The position numbers and the translations under genes are program-made. Positions 24,972-37,160 of a stretch of DNA of 64,000 nucleotides are shown here, in pieces. A model generated the notes under the pieces. The model made no database searches, was not told where the DNA came from, and worked only from the letters and a program-made list of their open reading frames with translations. Numbering within the stretch: the first letter of the stretch is position 1; the number at the start of each line of letters is the position of its first letter. Origin of the DNA: Takakia lepidozioides (taxonomy: Eukaryota; Plantae; Bryophyta); the NCBI GenBank assembly GCA_030704615.1, contig CM060733.1:59644001-59708000 (forward strand). The letters run 5' to 3'.

Positions 24972-26727
24972 TGGGTATGATCAGGAAGAAGCACTCAGAA
25001 TCTACGAGCAAATGGAAGTAGAAGGTGTGAAGCCTGACAGGGTCATGTTCATTTATGTTCTCAATGTCTGTACGAACTTAGGAGCGCTGGAAAAGGGCAA
25101 GCAGGTCCATTCCGACATTCTGAAATTAGGAATTGCATCATATACTGGTACAGACAATGCCCTCATTAACATGTATGCCAAATGTGGGAGTATGAAAAAT
25201 GCACACCAGATGTTCCAAATTATGGCTAAACCAGATGTGGTCTCATGGAGTGCAATGATTGCAGGATATGCTCAACATGGATCTGGTACAGAGGCTTTCA
25301 AAATGTATGAGCAAATGCAACAGGAAGGGGTTATGCCCAACAGCATAACATTCATTTGCATTCTCAATGTATGTGCCAGTGTAGGAGACCGGGAAAGGGC
25401 GAAGAGGTCCACGCTGACATAATGAAAGCTGGAACTTCTTCGTGTATTTAAGTGGAGAACAGCCTTCTTGACATGTATGCCAAATGTAGGAGCGTAAGAG
25501 ATGCACATTAGGTTTTTGACAAAATGCCTGAACGAGATGTAGTCTCATGGAAGCCATGATTACAAGATATGCTGAGCATGGCTATGCTGAAGAGGCTTTC
25601 ATTAAGATACAAGCAAAATGGAACTGGACGCGATGACACCGAACAGGGTCACGTTTGTTTCTATTGTCAATGCATGTACCAGTCTAGGGGCCCTGGAAAA
25701 GGGCACGCGGTTCCATGCTCATATTATCAAAGCTGGGGTTGTGTCATATATTAACTTGGACAATGCCCTTGTTAACATGTATGTCAAATGTGGGAGTATT
25801 CACGATGCACCTCAAGTGTTTGAAAATATGGTTCAGCAAGCATGGAATGCCATAATTGCAAAATATGCTCAGCATGGGTGTAGTACAGAGGCCTTCCAAC
25901 TATTTGAACAGATGCAGCAGGAAGGCTTGAAGCCAGATGGTATCACCTTCGTTTCTCTTCTCTCTACTTGTAGGCATGTAGGCCTGGTGGATGAAGGCCA
26001 CCACTTGTTTGGTTCCATGAGTAGAGATCACGGCCTCACTCCTACAGTGGAGCATTTTTGCTGCATTGTGCACCTTCTTGGCCGTGTAGGCCGATGAATT
26101 GAGGCAGAAGAGTTCATCAACAAAATGCCAATTGAACCAGATGCTCTGGTTTGGGGACCTTGCCTGCTGCTACCAGAATTCATGGGGATGTGGAGGTAGC
26201 AGAACATGTAGCAAAATCTCTTCTCAAGTGCGATCCCAACCACCCTGCAGCTTATGTGCTGCTATCCAACATCTACGCCGCATCTGGCAGGTGGGATGAT
26301 AAAGCAGAGGTGAGAAAATTGATGGATGACAGATGTGTCAGATTGAGCCAGGACAAAGCTATATTGAAGTCAACGACCAGGTACATACATTTGTTCCAGA
26401 GGATGAAATGCATCCACGAATCAAAGAAATCCATGCTGAGCTGAAGATATTGTCTGGGCAGATGCAACAGGCCGGCATGTGCCTGACACACGCTCTGTAT
26501 TGCATGATTTGGAGGTGGAGCAAAATGAGTTTTCTCTTTGCCACCACAGTGAGAGGCTGGCCATTGCTTTTGGGCTCATCAGCACCCCTGCAGGGATGTG
26601 TGGTGACTGCCACCACACTGCCACCAAGTTCATCTCACGAATTGTTGGGTGGACGGTTGTTGTACGGGATGCCAACCGATTCCACCACTTTCAAGATGGG
26701 GTTTGTTCTTGTGGGGATTACTGGTGA
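24972..26727 (+). pseudogene. PLS-class PPR-E-DYW RNA-editing factor pseudogene
   Basis: [68 protein letters not shown]; several frameshifts and stops, and a deletion in the DYW domain. Confidence 0.92.
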
Positions 26728-27427
26728 ACATAATATGCCATGGAGTGCAACAGTCACTGCTCTACTTTCTGTGAACTGCCCATGGTGATGCGCAACATTC
26801 AAGTTTGATGGTAGCAGTGGCATCACAGGAACAGCTCTCAATAGAACTGCGGTTTCCAAATGCTTGCATCGATGGAGAAAGGGATCCTGAGAAAAATGGC
26901 GTACCCAAGCAGGTGTTTATTTGGAAAATGTCCAACTTCACCAACCCTATTGAACACAGTCTAGGAAAACTGCCTACAGATCAGCATCTCTTTTGTTGGG
27001 TAAAATCTCAAGCTGCATTAACAAAGTTCTCTGGAGGAAAGATTGTTGTGGAAGTAATGATGCAAAGCCCTGCATAACCAGGGAGAGGGTTTGCAGATTA
27101 GTAATGGTGCTACAAATACTTCAGAATATGTAGGTGGATAGTCATTGAGATCTTGAAGAAATTCCCATGGGGAGGGGTGGTGGCCAAACCTTCTTGAGTA
27201 TCCTTAAGATATGGGCCAGCCAAGCAGCTTTGGACATGATGACAGGGTGGCATGGATCCAGTGAGCCAATTGTTTCTTCAAATGCCTGAAAGTAATGTGT
27301 TCTCATTCACATGTTGAAAGAGCTCACATGCCCCTCATCGGGCCACTGATGAGTAGGTTTTGCAAGCATTGAAGCTTTGTTGTCATCCTGAGTGCATGCA
27401 CTAGCCCGGCAGCTCCGGAAAGGCAGC

Positions 27428-28100
27428 CTTGCGTGTGCAAGCCTTGCAACTCTAGAAAAACGTGAAGAGGTGCACGGCGACATTGTCAGAGCTGCAATTG
27501 TACCAAATGTCATTTTAAACAATGCTCTCGTGGACAATGCACGTGCAGGCCTGGGAGCTCTGGAAAAGGGGAAAGAGGTCCATGGTGACATCGTCAAAGC
27601 TGGAATTGTACCACATGTCATCCTGAACACTGTCCTGGTGGACATGTATGCAAAATGTGGGTGCATTAAGGATGCGAAGGGAGTTTTCACCACTATGGCT
27701 GACCGAGATGTGGTGTCGTGGATTGCGATGCTTGCAGGGTGTGCACAGCAGGGGCGCAGGATGGAGGCCTTGGAGACCTATGAGCAAATGATGGGGGAAG
27801 GGTGAAGCCCGACCACATCACGTTTGTATGTGTTTGCAGTGCGTGTGCAAGCCTGGCAGCCCCTGAGGTGCATGGTTGCATCGCCTAAGCTGGAATTGTA
27901 CCAGATGTGATTCTGAACAATACCCTCGTGGACATGTATGCCAAATGTGGGAGCATTGAGAATGCGGAGGGAGTGTTCAACAATATGGCCGAACAAAATG
28001 TGGTGTTGTGAAATGCGATGATCGCAGGATATGCCCAACATGATTGTCATAGGGAGGTCCTGCAACTATTTGAAGGAATGCAAAAAAAACGGGGCTTGAA
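27428..28100 (+). pseudogene. PLS-class PPR fragment, paralogous to 56700-62560
   Basis: EVHGDIVKAG...LVDMYAKCGCIKDA...DVVSW; disrupted; ends with the same GGGAGGTC.TGCAACTATTTGAAGGAATG seen near 61880. Confidence 0.85.
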
Positions 28101-28923
28101 GCATCAGTATTGACACATTGGTAGTACATGTGTGGGCTCGTCTTACACAGGAGTTAATGACGCAATTTTGATGGACATTCACATATTTGGCTAGATTTGC
28201 ATGTGATCTCACACTGGAAGGTTCGTCACATGAGTTATTTCAACTGCCTGCTGTTGTAACATGGGCGGAAGCGTTGTTTGCACGGATGAATTCAGACAAA
28301 GAAGTTGACACTGGATACAACCCGCTAAGGGAGGGCCAGTGGACCCAAAGCATCATGTTTCTTGTGAAATCCCTCACGCTGATAGCTTTCCTTCTTATGA
28401 TCCGCCTTGTCGAGAAGGTGTGGAAGGAAAGTATGATAGCTACCTCTCAGGGAGAGCTCAAATCAGCTGCAGTGGAACTTCGAGAGAAAACAACGTAATT
28501 TTGAGTTTTTGGTGGTGCTTGCTATTCGTGTTGCTAGGACTAACCATGACCAAACAGCATTGACCAAGGAAGTCAATGACTTGCAAATGTCCGGGACTGA
28601 TGTCATGTAGAAAGAAACAGAGGAGTATTGGGGACTGGTGGAGGACCAGTTCCTGCTGCCGTAGGTTGGGGTTTAGCTTTGTGGGTTGTGGAGATACGAC
28701 GCTACGAATGTATTGGTCTTTGAAGCTAGCCTAGTCCCTCTATTTTTTGTCTTCTAAAAGGCTGCTGGATGCCCTAAACCATCCCCATGGCTTGACATTG
28801 TCCTCTCTTCACCCACATCTTTTTCAGCCTCTTCACTCAACCTACACTTCATCCGAGCTGAGCTTCTGGTTATCTAGCATTTGCCCCTAGTCCCAATGGA
28901 ATCTGACCAACCGCCGTTGATGA

Positions 28924-29618
28924 TGTCGTGTGCATACATATCGCTACACAACTACATCGCTGTCCAAAACCATACAACACATGTGCACACCCCACACTAG
29001 TATACCACTAGTCCACCACTAGTCCAACCACTAGGCTACAACTAGTCAGTCACTAGGCTGCCACTATGCTGCCCACTATGGCAGTCACTAGTCCACACAA
29101 TGATAAAGAATAGGAATACAAACACGAGTTCACAATCTGAAGCATAAACTTATGCATATATAACCTCATCACTCAAATACAAGTCAAGCCAAGTGCACCC
29201 CACGCCATGGGGAATCCACACTACGGCGCCATAGCTAGGCGCGGTGAGGCTCAACTCGAGAAAGATGAGCCTCCCGCACTTGCCGTGAAGATAACCACTC
29301 CAGGGCCTAAATCTGCCTTGACCCCTGGATTGACACTTGGGCCAATCCCAAATGTCAATATGTAAAAACTAGCTATTTCCTAGCTAGTTTCACACTAGTG
29401 GCAAAATAACTTGACAGCTGTCGTGCGCATACATATCGCTACACAACTACATCGCTGTCCAAAACCACACAACACATGTGCACACCACACACTAGTATAC
29501 CACTAGTCCACCACTAGTCCAGCCACTAGTCCAGCCACTAGTCCAACTACTAGGCTACAACTAGTCAGTCACTAGGCTGCCACTATGCTGCCCACTATGG
29601 CAGTCACTAGTCCACACA
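28924..29618 (-). repeat. 3' terminal repeats, plus-strand order X(28924-29099) Y(29101-29416) GC X(29419-29618)
   Basis: Direct alignment of the two X blocks (inner one has extra CCACTAGT units) and of Y with 53845-54161. Confidence 0.93.
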
Positions 29619-29619
29619 A

Positions 29620-29630
29620 TCGCCTCCCTA
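29620..29630 (-). other. Candidate polypurine tract
   Basis: Minus strand TAGGGAGGCGA, then T and TGTGTGG (start of the full LTR 29618-29101). Confidence 0.6.
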
Positions 29631-29878
29631 GCTGGTGCTTAGGTCCCTCTAAGTCCAGGTAGCCACAAGATGTGATAGTGACCATAGCCTCACTAAGTCC
29701 TCCACCACTATCCCTACTACACTCAAACTCGATAGATCAAGAGGCCGGGTGCAAGAGTTGCCCCATCGTTAGTCGCCGTCTTGCAACCTGTGAACTTGAG
29801 CTTGGGATCTCATGTATTGACTCCTATGAGCTTGGCCTCCCATGTCTTATTAGCTGCCTCAAGTCATGTCCACTGCCA

Positions 29879-31166
29879 CTATCCCAAGCAGTGTGGACAC
29901 AACCAATCTCCGTCAGGAACCTTCTCAAGAGGTGGTGTCAAGCATCCCATATGCCAACCCCTTGAGCATCGATCACACACCATCATGGTGGCTGCCCCTT
30001 TGGCAGACCCACAGAGCATGCACCTCAAACCTGCAGGTACCACTGCCAAGTTTGGGTCAACTCTGCCATCGACATTGGGAAGGTGACATGGCGCACAATT
30101 ACGCACATGGTCCTTCCAAGTCATGCCATCCCGACCCTCCAAGATCAGGACCCCTGAGGGCAACACCTCTCGAACCCTCAGAATAACACGCCCTGCAGTA
30201 ACATCCAGAGTCGTAGGAGCAGTCTGCTGCAAATAAACATAGTCACCAGGGCTAAACCTCCACCACGTATAGTGGCATACCTCAACGTATCACGGTGCTG
30301 TGCAATGGCAAGGTTCTCAAAAGCCATGGGCATGACTTTCTTGAACAACTCTGCACGCTAATCACATGCACGTACCCACACGTCCGGATCGTCAAGGTTA
30401 AGGACTTGAGCAGTGTCCCTACGAATGGCTGCAGGCAAATCCGGCTCTCGGCCAAAGAGAAGGAAATATGGTGAGAAGGAGGCAAGTGATGCTTGTTTGT
30501 TGAACCTGTAGCCCATGGCTAACCAAGGAACCTGAAGATCCCAATCTCCTAGGTGTCCCTTCTGTAAGCCATACTTGCGCAAACCCCTCTTCACCGTCTG
30601 AACAACTCTCTCTGCTAAGCCATCGGCCTCAGGATGATCCCGAGAAGTGGTGCGGTGGTCTATCAAGGCTTTATCACACAAAGCTTGAAACTCCCCCAAA
30701 AACTCTCTCCCTTGGTCCGTGAGTACCTCAGCTGGAGAACCAAATTGGCTAAGCACACGATCCAAGAATGCATACGCAGCCCCCTCACTAGCCTTGTCAG
30801 GCAATGAAACCAACTCAATCCACTTGGAGAAGTGCTCCACCATCACCAACACATATCTGTGGTGGCGCATAGTCAGTGACAACGGTCCTGCGAAGTCAAG
30901 ACTCCACCTGTAGCCAATCCCATGATTGGTAAAGGATGCAACTATGGTAGTAGGGCGTTGAATGAAGCACGCACCCTGTCACACACCATGCACCTAGCCA
31001 CGAACTGTTGCACCTCTGTATGCATACCACGCCACCAATACTGCCCCTGCAGTAAACTGTGAGTACGTCGCACTCCAAAATGCCCCAACTCCTCATGGGA
31101 ATGCCGCACTAACCGTGCACGCTGTGTGGGGTGAGGCACAATCCTCACCCGACCATCCTCCCACAC
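29879..31166 (-). pseudogene. Integrase (HHCC, DDE core) with C-terminal PHD finger, frameshifted
   Basis: HEELGHFG...CMVC; VLTDQGREF...EADGLAERVVQTVK; C4HC3 CMLC...CDRCSRGWHMGCL...WLCPHC. Confidence 0.9.
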
Positions 31167-32830
31167 TCGAAGTAGGTGTATCCCCTCCCACTTGAACCTC
31201 TTGGCTCGTTGCAGGATCCGATCCTCTCCCTGGCAGTCACAATGGCTGCCGTGTCTCCTGTGCGGAGGTAGTCCAACACAGCCGAATCCTCATGTATATC
31301 TTTGGCACCACCTAGCTCATCACTAGCCTCAGGGTCCTCAGACACTCCGTCTACAGTCATCCCTGTTGTAGGTCCAATCTGACCTCCCGATGCCAAGATA
31401 CACAAAAATGCAGATGCGTGCCATCCCAGCACCATTTCCTCGTCCGTCTCACCATGCCACCGAGCTCCAGTGTCATCCTGCTGGCTCATGCATGGATTGC
31501 GACTCAATCCATCCGCATCCCGATTGACCAAACCCGGTCGATGCACAACCTGAAAGTCATACTCCTGGAGTATAAGTGCCCACCGTGCAAGCTTCCCCGT
31601 AAGCTTGTCTGACTCCATCAACCACTTGAGTGGCTGGTGATCCGTGACAAGGGTGAAAAAATTGCCGTATAGATAGCACCTGAAGTGTGCCACGGCCCAC
31701 ACTGCAGCTAAGCACTCTTCCTCATATGAGCTGTACTTAGCCTCTGCAGCGTTGTTCGAGCGGCTAGCGTAAGCCACTACGAACTCTCTTCCCTCATCAT
31801 CCACCTGTGTGAGCACCGCTCCAAGCCCCAGCATGCTCCAATCCGTATGCAGCTGAAAGGGACGCCCCCTGATAGGTCGTCTCAAGATAGGCGCCGAGGT
31901 CAACCTCGCCTTGAGCTCTTGAAAAGCTCGTTCCACTGCACTCCTGGTCCACCTTGGTCAGCTTGGTTAGAGCCTTTGCTATGGTACTATATCCCTTGAC
32001 AAACTGTCTATAATAGTTTGCCAACCCCATGAAAGCTCGAACTCGGCTCACATCCGTGGGGCGTGGAATTTGTGCAATGGCCTCTACCTTAGTCTGCTGT
32101 ACCCCCAATCCTCCAGGATATATCATGTGACCCAGATACTCAATCTGGTTGTGGAAAAACTTACACTTCCCCGGATGCAACTTCAATCCGTGCGCTCTCA
32201 AGCGCTCCAATACCACCTGAAGGTGTCTCTCATGCTCCTCCATCGTAACACTAAAGATGATGATGTCATCTATGTAGCACCGAGCAAAGTTCACACCCTG
32301 CTAGAATCCTATCCATGACTCTCTGAAACTCTGCAGGAGCATTCTTAAGCCCAAATGGTAAGAACCGCCACTGATATAGGCAATCCTTGCCGTGCTCATT
32401 GATCCCCCAGAATGCCGTCTTCTGCTTGTCCGCCTCCTTGATTGGCAACTGGTGATATCCGGATCGTAAATCCAAAGTGCTAAAGGCCTTAGCATGCCCG
32501 ATGGCATCAAAGATCTCCTCTGGTGTTGGCATGGCATACTTATCGGACTTGGTCTGACGATTTACAGGCCGGTAATCACCGCACATACGTCTCTCCGTCC
32601 AATTGCCATAGACATCCTTCTTGGCTGGCATCACTGTGGCTGAAGCATACTCTCCACCAGAGAGCTCCACCAAACCTGCCTCCCAGAGATCTTGAGTCCT
32701 CATCTGAATCAAAGACCTCTCCATGTCACTGTATCTATAGGGTCTCCGAAAGATTGGCGTGTCAGTGGCCAACTCAATCTTGATCTCTTGACCCTTCAGT
32801 GCTCCCAAGTCCTTCAAACTGAAGGCAAAG
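31145..32830 (-). pseudogene. Gypsy reverse transcriptase and RNase H, frameshifted
   Basis: RMCGDYRPVN, LDLRSGYHQ, LPFGLKNAP, CYIDDIIIFS; LHTDWS...ECLAAVWAV...VTDHQPL...DADGLSR. Confidence 0.93.
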
Positions 32831-32976
32831 CAATTCCTGTAAGCCCTCAGGAACCGCCGTATACGTCGTCTCTCTCCTCCGGTGACAATGGGTCCAATGT
32901 CAGGCTCGCAATTGTCCTCCGTAACTGCAACCTTAAGTCCAGTGGGCTTAGAGGTAGATGACGCGTCCAGTGGTTG

Positions 32977-35520
32977 CTATGTTGCAACCTCTTGAGCAGT
33001 ACTCCCCGCCTGCTCCGTCAATGACAAGGCCTCATCCTGCCCCATCATCTCATCCTTGAGGACCTCCTCAACCCGAGAAGAATCCCCAACCTCATCCATC
33101 ACAGCCGCCTTGGCTGTTAACTCCCTCTGAACCTCGAGCACCTCCCACGTGTGCCATGGATGCATGCACCCCGTGGTCCTCACATGCTCGCCCCCACTCA
33201 CTGCCTGTACCGTCTCGGTAGGCAGAGAGACCATTGAGGGAAGTGTATTCCGCACTCTGCGTTGCTCAGCCAGAGCCAAGCTGATAATCCAGGTCAAGCA
33301 ATTGAGATCCATTGCTTGCCCCAACACTTGACGACGTGATGCCTCAGAAAGAGACGACACCGCCGTGGTACTAGTGGTAAAACCCATTGCCCGCTCACGC
33401 TCGTCAACATTAGACTCCACTAACTGCTGCAACTGAGCATCCCACAGGAGGCCAGGTCCACTATCCCAGAAAGCATGCGATCTTGGGAAGCTGAGCAGTG
33501 TAGGTAATGTTGCTCGTGGTTGACCCACCTTGTTGACCATTGCCAAAGGCAAACGGTCATCGTGTCTCACACGCTGAGACTGCCTCCCTGTGTCCAGAAT
33601 GTTATCCACTGTGAGATGTGCTGGCCGCTGCACCCCATCAAATGCACGCTTGAGCAGTGCGGGTGGCATCAAGTTAGTCCACCATAGCCGTGGACGATGA
33701 GCCCGTGACCCCACTGTAGCTGCATCTAGCAACACTGCTGACCCAAGCCACGACCGGACTTGATGCACACTGGCCATCACCCTGGCCCAAGAATCGCCCA
33801 TCAGTGGCACATTCTCCAAGATGTATGCTGGAGATACAGCTTGATGAAGCTGCAAGTGGCGCAAAACCCGTACCATCTCCCAAAACAGACCCGACCTCGA
33901 GTCTCGCAATCCATTGCCATGCCCGGCTGATGAATGCCCTTGGCAGGGCCAACCTGCCACTGATAGATCAATGGAGCCAACCCGCTCCAAATCCTGCGCC
34001 CCCAGCAACGAAATGTCTGCTGGCAAGGCCTGCTGATATCCACGAATTGCAGATACCGACAACAACTCAGGGTACCGCTGCACCAACTGAGCAACATAGC
34101 GAAGTGAAACGCGTCGTGCAGTCTCATCCCTCTCCACATACAGGTAACGCTGAACTCGTACACCTGCTTGTAACACAGCAGCCAATCCGGTGCTGATCCC
34201 GCCAAACAAGTCTAGAAGACAAATGCCTTCATCCGGATACTTCCACACAATAGGTGTGGTGTCCAATGGAGACAACTGAGGTGGTCCTAGTGCAATCCCC
34301 GCACTCTCCTCCTCTCCTGACGGTACAAAAGCCTCTACCCAGGCTTGTTGCACCCGTCGATCAGCATCCCGCTGCAAATCCTTGCTCATTCCCCACAATG
34401 GAGTCTGAGCAACCATGGTAGGCAACTCCGCCATACCATACATGTCATCCTGCTCTCCCGGAGGTGGTACATCCTCTGAATGAGCATTGCCCTCAAGCAA
34501 CTCTCTAGGCCAACTCACTGCCGCTGTGAATGCTGCTAGTGTCGGCATCTTGCCTCGCTGGGCAACCGCAACTCCTCCTATGAACGTCACAGGGAGCTGC
34601 ACACGCCGGCCTTCCCCTGACTGCCATGCAGGCCTATAGGAAGCTGACTCCTCCCAAAAATCCAGGGTGAAGCCCATGGGGTACAACACTGCCCCACCAA
34701 CCAGGATATCGTATAAGACTGCGTCTGTCACAATGGCCTTGGCTTGCATCACTGAGCCATCTGTAGGGTGATCCGGCCGTAGTCTGATAGCCAACTCATG
34801 CCTTGTCATGCCCCGAGCCTGCTCCGATCCTCCCAGAGACGTATGTATCTGGAAAGGACAAGGCTCCATATCCGCCTCCGTGAGGCCCAAGCCTGCAATA
34901 GCAGCTCTGTCCAGCATCAATGGCTGAGCTCCCGAGTCCAACAAGACCCACAGTGGCCGGTACCTCTTGCCTGCCGGTCCACTCAAACAGAAAATGCTAT
35001 CCTGGTTGTCTAACATGACAACTCCAGGTGTCACCATGGCGCGCTCAATGGCTGGCCTAGCTGGCAGCTCCATCAACCTGGCAGCTGCAGCTTGCCATGG
35101 CGCCGCCGTGGCAGTCTTGACCCTCAAATCCGAGGATCCCTCCGGCACTACACCTCCCACTATCTCCGCAGAAGATGAAGTAACCTCCCCACTCTCACAG
35201 AGTGTAGCTGCCAGCCTGAACACCTCAGCTGGTTTTACCCCCGGCGTCGCAATCATGGTAGCCGAGAACAATGGAGCCTGGCACACAGATGTGGCTCCTA
35301 GCAGCACACTAGCAGCCGCAGCCTTGGCAACACTAGGTAGTGGTGCTACCCGTGTAGCTCTCCCCAATGGCATACTAACCTCCGCCTCGGGCGAGAACCG
35401 TCGGGCGAGAACTAGGTGCCATGGATGGCGTCGACACTGTCTCCGCCAATGTGAATGACTGAGGAAGCCTAGCCTGACGGCTTGCCTCCCCACGCTGTGG
35501 ATCCAACTCCACCTCTGCAC
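32977..35520 (-). CDS. Aspartic protease plus DNMT3-like C5 DNA cytosine methyltransferase segment of the polyprotein (MTase about 33290-34225)
   Basis: LLDSGAQ protease site; C5-MTase motifs I LLDLFGGI, II YVERD, IV GWPCQGHS, VI ILENV, VIII AHRPRLWWTN, IX-X ERERAMGF...RRQVLGQAMD in one 847-aa open frame. Confidence 0.88.
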   Translation of the reverse strand: MQRWSWIHSVGRQAVRLGFLSHSHWRRQCRRHPWHLVLARRFSPEAEVSMPLGRATRVAPLPSVAKAAAASVLLGATSVCQAPLFSATMIATPGVKPAEVFRLAATLCESGEVTSSSAEIVGGVVPEGSSDLRVKTATAAPWQAAAARLMELPARPAIERAMVTPGVVMLDNQDSIFCLSGPAGKRYRPLWVLLDSGAQPLMLDRAAIAGLGLTEADMEPCPFQIHTSLGGSEQARGMTRHELAIRLRPDHPTDGSVMQAKAIVTDAVLYDILVGGAVLYPMGFTLDFWEESASYRPAWQSGEGRRVQLPVTFIGGVAVAQRGKMPTLAAFTAAVSWPRELLEGNAHSEDVPPPGEQDDMYGMAELPTMVAQTPLWGMSKDLQRDADRRVQQAWVEAFVPSGEEESAGIALGPPQLSPLDTTPIVWKYPDEGICLLDLFGGISTGLAAVLQAGVRVQRYLYVERDETARRVSLRYVAQLVQRYPELLSVSAIRGYQQALPADISLLGAQDLERVGSIDLSVAGWPCQGHSSAGHGNGLRDSRSGLFWEMVRVLRHLQLHQAVSPAYILENVPLMGDSWARVMASVHQVRSWLGSAVLLDAATVGSRAHRPRLWWTNLMPPALLKRAFDGVQRPAHLTVDNILDTGRQSQRVRHDDRLPLAMVNKVGQPRATLPTLLSFPRSHAFWDSGPGLLWDAQLQQLVESNVDERERAMGFTTSTTAVSSLSEASRRQVLGQAMDLNCLTWIISLALAEQRRVRNTLPSMVSLPTETVQAVSGGEHVRTTGCMHPWHTWEVLEVQRELTAKAAVMDEVGDSSRVEEVLKDEMMGQDEALSLTEQAGSTAQEVAT

Positions 35521-35548
35521 CTCGTGGCTTAGGAACTCGTGCTGCTCC

Positions 35549-37160
35549 TCAAGTCACGGCTGCAGCAGACTCCACCTGCACTAGTGGTAGTGCTGCTCCA
35601 CACATGAATCCCATGCCTCCCATATCTCCTCCCTCAGGAGCAGGAGGTGGACCATCCGGCCTGAAAGCCGGTACCACCTGAGCTGTAGCCATGGCAGCAA
35701 GCCTCTGCTCTAGCTGCTGAAGCCGGTTGGCCATGCCTTGGTCAACACCCTGACCTCTGCGTCCTTGGCCATGTTGAGCTTGCCCTTGGCCTGCACCTCG
35801 TGGCTGGCCACCTTGTCCTCTCTGGGCTGCTCCACCTCGCCCCCGGCCACCATTGTTCCCTTGGAACTGGCCTGGGCGCAACTCAGGATGCAAACCATAA
35901 CACTGGGCCTCTCCATGCCCGTGCTTGCCACAATGCCCACACTGCAACTGTGCAGGCTGTGCATGTGCCGGCCCTTTGCCTCCCTCTGGGCAATCCTTTT
36001 TGACATCGGGTCCTCCACATGTCCAGCACACCACATCCGCCCGTTGTTGGCCAGCAAATGAAGGGAGAGACCCCTGCATCTGAGGTCCTTTCTGCCCTTC
36101 CCTGAGCTTCACCTGAGCCCCCTTGTTGCCTTGAGCACGTTGAGGTAGTGGTTGGCTAGGAGCACCACTACCCCGTGGTGTCTCCTTAGCAAATCCCACC
36201 ATGACCACTCGTTCCTCCACCATGTTGAGCTCTATCCGCTCTGCCAGCAAAAACACATTTGCTAAGGTGGGTTGGGCCGCTTGTAGGAGAGTTGCATCCC
36301 GCACCCTTCTCCTCAACTCCTTGTCCAATATCCCATACCAGAATTGGACTGCCTGAGCTTCCGTAACCCCTTGGGTTATATTTATCAAGCACCTCATGCG
36401 AGTGAAAGCCTCCCTCAAGCTCTCAGTCGGCTTCCGTTGGAACTCTTGCAAGCTCCGCAACTTCTCTGTCCTCACCCCTTGGTAGTTCCCTCTCAACTCT
36501 TCGAAGAACTCCACAACAGGGTTGAAGGCAGGCACGGGTGCTAGTGCTGGTGCGGTGGTGGCTTGGGTGGACGTCGTAGCTACTGTACCACCAGTCCCAC
36601 TAGTTCCACTGCTACTTGCTGAAGCTGCCGGTGCAGCGGCAGGTGTAGCCACTGCCCTCGTGGCTCTAGTGCCCCTAGTGATGGAGACATAGTCGGGTGA
36701 CCAGTATATCCTCCACTCCTCGATCTCAACCTCATGCCCCCGCCTGAACTCATGGTAATCATCCAAAGGCGGCCCCTCAAGGTGCTGAAACAGCCCTTTC
36801 CATGCCATGAACGGCGTAAATAGTTGTGGATTGCGCATTTGCTGCAAATCACACCAACTATCAAACTCTTGGATAAAATCATCCAACTCGATGGTGCCCA
36901 CCACCCCAGAGTACTTTCATGGCCCCTTGGTAGCTCCATACATCTCCTCCATTGTGTCCCACAACAATGGCAAAGAAACAACTTGCACCGCCGGTATGAG
37001 TCCTCCTGATTCACAATCCGAATCAGAACCTTCCGTGGAAGACACAGGAGGTGAAGGTGGCCTAAACCACACACCTCATCTCGTGTACCCACTAGTATCG
37101 CTAGTGCTCGAACTGGCACTATCCCCAGCAACTAGTGGCACCTCCGTGTTGACACTCAAC
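35549..37160 (-). pseudogene. Gag (copy 1) with two zinc knuckles
   Basis: FQRKPTESLREAFTR (major-homology-like), CWTCGGPDVKKDC, CGHCGKHGHGEAQC; in-frame TGA codons near 36920 and 35549. Confidence 0.85.
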
